This document shows, one piece after another, positions 61,112 through 64,000 of a stretch of DNA of 64,000 nt. The translations under genes and the position numbers were made by a program. This DNA is from an uncultured Gemmatimonadales bacterium (GTDB taxonomy: Bacteria; Gemmatimonadota; Gemmatimonadetes; Longimicrobiales; Gaopeijiaceae), in the NCBI GenBank assembly GCA_963809895.1, contig CAWELD010000010.1:1-64000 (forward strand), given 5' to 3'. Within the stretch, counting starts at the first letter, position 1. Each line of letters opens with the position of its first letter. Below the pieces are notes generated by a model that did no database searches, was not told where the DNA came from, and saw only the letters and a list, made by a program, of their open reading frames with translations.

Positions 61112-61447
61112 TCATCCCACGTTCCCGAGAAGGTCCGTCAGGTCGCCGATCATGGCCCGGATGGCGCCAGTGGTGGCGCGGACCGCGTCGACGCCGGCCG
61201 GCTCCACGGTGACCAGCCTCGGCGGCCGTCCACCGCGTTCGGGACGGGGCTCGCCCAGCCGGGAGCTGAGCAGGCCCTTCTCTTCCAGGCGCTGCAGCGT
61301 CGTGTAGACGTTCGCGCGCCGCACCGAGCGGCCGGTGCGGGCCGCGATGTCCTCGGCGATGGAGACCGTGTAGGCCTGGTCGGGCCCCAGGCGCAGCGCG
61401 GCCAGCATCACCAGGAGCTCGAACTCGGCGAGGGAATCGGAAGGCAT
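61112..61447 (-). CDS. PadR-family transcriptional regulator
   Basis: LAEFELLVMLA...VYTTLQRLEEKGLL...PERGGRP. Confidence 0.88.
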   Translation of the reverse strand: MPSDSLAEFELLVMLAALRLGPDQAYTVSIAEDIAARTGRSVRRANVYTTLQRLEEKGLLSSRLGEPRPERGGRPPRLVTVEPAGVDAVRATTGAIRAMIGDLTDLLGNVG

Positions 61448-61678
61448 GGCGGTGGGCTCGGAGCCGGGCGGCCGTCGGGCGCGTCGTGATGCCGGGAGCG
61501 GATCGCCGGCGCGTGGGCGGCGAATAGAGTCAGGATGTGACTGAATACGCCTGCCATGGGGGTGCCGTCAAGCCTGCCTTCGGGGGGGACGCAGGGCTGC
61601 CGTCGCGACGCGGACGCGCGCTTGCCCCGGACGACGAGCGGGACCGGGCCCCGTCGGACCCGGTCCCTGGCGCCGGCT

Positions 61679-62332
61679 TCAGTTCGTCAGTGCCGCCACC
61701 ACCGAGGGCGGCACGATCACCTGGTTGACGAGGTGGATGATGCCGTTGCTGGCCGGGAGGTTGGGCTCGACGATCGACGCATCGTCCCGCACGCCCAGCG
61801 CCGTGAGGCCGTCTTCGATGGTGCCGTCGGGTCGCACGGCGAAGGACTCACCCAGGAGCGTCGGCATGGTGCGCATACCGTTCGACGGAAGGACGCTGTT
61901 CGCCGCCCGCCGGCCGGGGCTCACGTGGTAGAGGAGCACGTCGAGCACCACCTGCGGGGGCAGGTCCGTGATCTCGTCGATCGGCTGGCCGAGCACGACC
62001 GTGAGCAGGCCGTAGAGATCCTCGAAGGCCGCGTCGGTGGGCGCGAACACGGTGTGCTGGTTGGTGCCGTTCATGAAGAGGTCCACCAGCTCGGTGCCGA
62101 GCTCGCTGTCCACGTAGCTCAGGGCTCCCACCAACTCGGTGAGTCCGCGGTCGATGGCGATCTGCGCGATGGGGTCGGATCCCTTCTTCGGCGACGCCTT
62201 GGGATTCCGGACGTCGGGTGCGGCGGCCAGTTCGGTAGCGGGTGCGGTTTCGGGCGCGGCGGGCAGGTCCGAGCAGCCGGCGAGCGCGACGGCTCCCAAC
62301 AAGCTCAATGAGAAGAGGCTCGGGCGGGTCAT
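61679..62332 (-). CDS. Fasciclin (FAS1) domain lipoprotein
   Basis: Lipobox LAGC; TVFAPTDAAF, LLYHV, ASNGIIHLVNQVI. Confidence 0.92.
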   Translation of the reverse strand: MTRPSLFSLSLLGAVALAGCSDLPAAPETAPATELAAAPDVRNPKASPKKGSDPIAQIAIDRGLTELVGALSYVDSELGTELVDLFMNGTNQHTVFAPTDAAFEDLYGLLTVVLGQPIDEITDLPPQVVLDVLLYHVSPGRRAANSVLPSNGMRTMPTLLGESFAVRPDGTIEDGLTALGVRDDASIVEPNLPASNGIIHLVNQVIVPPSVVAALTN

Positions 62333-62668
62333 ACGTCCTCCTTGCGTCGATGTGAGGGCGGAGAGGTGCGTACAGGCGATGTCCAACATTTTGGCGGTAT
62401 GTCGAGGATTTGTCAAGCATGAACTTCGACAACAGTTGGACGACCTTTCGCCCACATCGCACGCCGAGGGGCCGGACGGCGTTTCCTCGTCGAGCGTTGG
62501 AACGTCCGGAAGTGTTTCATGGAACTGACCCGCGCGACGCCCGCAGAGGCTCGTGAAGCGCTCTCCGGCCCGTGGTTATGCGCCATCCAGGGCGGGTATG
62601 CGCCTACGGCACGCGCGTTGCCCCTATCTCGCATGCGTTCCAACCAGACTCATGGAGGAGGTAGTCGC

Positions 62669-64000
62669 ATGCGTTTCGATGTCCGACGAGTGTTCGTGGG
62701 CTTGCTCGCCGTCACCGCGCTGGCCGCGTGTAACGACGACGACGGCATGATGCCCGAGATGCCCCTGAACCCGAGCACGGCTCCCAGGGCGACCATCGAC
62801 CGTTTCAGTGACGATGCCGCGACGCTCTTCAAGCGGAGCGCCATGGCGTCGCTGCCGGCGGCCGGCGTGGCCATCGACTTCGACCAGGAGCCCTTCATCA
62901 GCCACGGGCTGGGTCCGGCCGGTCAGCCGGTCCACTACTACAACTTCGATGTCATGCCCACGGCGCCGGCGCCCATTTTCGTGTTGTTCCGCGAAGGCGA
63001 GTCCATGCCGGTGAGCGGTCAGCTGAACCTCGTGAGCGTGATCCCCGGTGATGCCGGCTACAGCGATTTCTGGCAGGTGATGAAGGTCACCGTGCCGGCC
63101 GACTATGTCGCGAACACCATCACGAGCGTCGACGAGCTCGTGGCGGCGGGATACGACACCGAGACCACCGACATGATCGTGAACTGCCCCATCGTGCCGG
63201 AGGGCTCCACGGCCAGCGAGGGTCCGGGCGCCAACGGCCTGACCCAGGGCTGGTACGAGGACCAGGTGGTCTTCTACTTCAACTTCAACGAGGCGCCCAT
63301 CACGGCGACCGCGGCGGGCGAAGTGCCCACCAGCGACATCTTCGTGAGCTTCAACGTGAACCCCGACGAGACCGGTGGCGGCCCCGCCTCGGGCTTCATG
63401 ACCCAGGGCACGTCTGCTCAAACCCACAACGTGGTGGAGACCCTTCCCGGCGACGCCGCCTATTCGCCGCTCTGGGACGTGATGCCCTACGACAACGCCG
63501 CCTTCGACATGGTCCACGATCTGTCGTCGGCACAGGCTGCGGACAACTTCGGCCTCGCCGCCGTGGTGAACTGCCCGATCGTGTTCGTGGGCGAGACGCC
63601 CGGCAATGCGGAGACGGCCACCGAGGCCGTCATCGATCGATTCAGCGACGACGCGGGTGCCCTCTTCCGGCGGAGCGCCAACGCGGGCCTCCCGGGTGCG
63701 GGTGAGCCCATCGACTTCGACATGGCGCCCTTCATCACCCAGGGCCTGGGTCCGAGCGGGCAGGTCGTCCGCTACTACAACTTCGACGTGATGCCCACGG
63801 CTCCGGCGCCCATCTTCGCCCTCTTCTACGAGAGCGGCGGGCCCGTGCCCGGCCAGCACAACATCGTCGACGTGATTCCCGGCGAGGCGGGCTACAACGA
63901 CTTCTGGCAGGTCGTGAAGGTGACCGTGCCGGACAGCTACATCGCCAACTCCGCCACCAGCGTGCAGGACCTGGTGGACGCCGGCTACGACATGGAGTAC
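62669..64000 (+). CDS. Lipoprotein with tandem internal repeats (partial, runs off the window)
   Basis: GGAGGAGG RBS, ATG 62669, lipobox LAAC; IDRFSDDA...YYNFDVMPTAPAPIF...PGDAGYSDFW...VNCPIV unit repeats from ~63630; no stop before the window end, so absent from the ORF track. Confidence 0.85.
   Translation, partial: MRFDVRRVFVGLLAVTALAACNDDDGMMPEMPLNPSTAPRATIDRFSDDAATLFKRSAMASLPAAGVAIDFDQEPFISHGLGPAGQPVHYYNFDVMPTAPAPIFVLFREGESMPVSGQLNLVSVIPGDAGYSDFWQVMKVTVPADYVANTITSVDELVAAGYDTETTDMIVNCPIVPEGSTASEGPGANGLTQGWYEDQVVFYFNFNEAPITATAAGEVPTSDIFVSFNVNPDETGGGPASGFMTQGTSAQTHNVVETLPGDAAYSPLWDVMPYDNAAFDMVHDLSSAQAADNFGLAAVVNCPIVFVGETPGNAETATEAVIDRFSDDAGALFRRSANAGLPGAGEPIDFDMAPFITQGLGPSGQVVRYYNFDVMPTAPAPIFALFYESGGPVPGQHNIVDVIPGEAGYNDFWQVVKVTVPDSYIANSATSVQDLVDAGYDMEY

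Noticed and set aside
1..64000. tRNA, rRNA, transposase, integrase or prophage genes
   Set aside because: None recognised by motif or structure; a tRNAscan-SE, Rfam or ISEScan run would be needed to exclude small or divergent cases.

Overview
This is a 64-kb, high-GC bacterial chromosome fragment. The gene repertoire (ERLSAALADRY-type Ser/Thr kinase with propeller, ELKRRKVVRVA-type TPR protein, VPS10/BNR hydrolase, SARP-propeller regulator, PadR) suggests Gemmatimonadota, by inference. Positions ~110-23,400 form a defence-like island. It holds a truncated and a complete copy of an SBD(-HNH) phosphorothioate-type restriction nuclease, and a 4.6-kb AraC/subtilase/RCC1 insert lying between two broken genes. 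A PafB/PafC-like WYL pair faces a divergent operon encoding an SNF2 helicase, an Hsp70/actin-fold ATPase, a GmrSD-like DUF262 nuclease and a large TPR protein with a DUF2325-like tail. The island also has a type III Res remnant, a DUF429/PD-(D/E)XK fusion, a DUF3883 nuclease, TA modules and a GIY-YIG nuclease. The promoter between the WYL pair and the SNF2 operon has a PafBC-like TGTCAC-N10-TACCAT layout inside a 12-bp inverted repeat; this WYL-SNF2-actin-fold locus is the best candidate for an undescribed system. The rest of the window is mostly envelope, signalling and metabolic genes, plus an MqsRA-like TA pair and Fic genes. Non-coding structure is rich: a 26-bp palindrome in 3 copies, two unrelated families of ~178-bp palindromic elements (3 and 2 copies) that bracket single genes, and several paired operators. 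Many genes carry small frameshifts, probably long-read errors. No rRNA, tRNA, CRISPR array, transposase or integrase was recognised. All family assignments come from motif recognition, not database searches.
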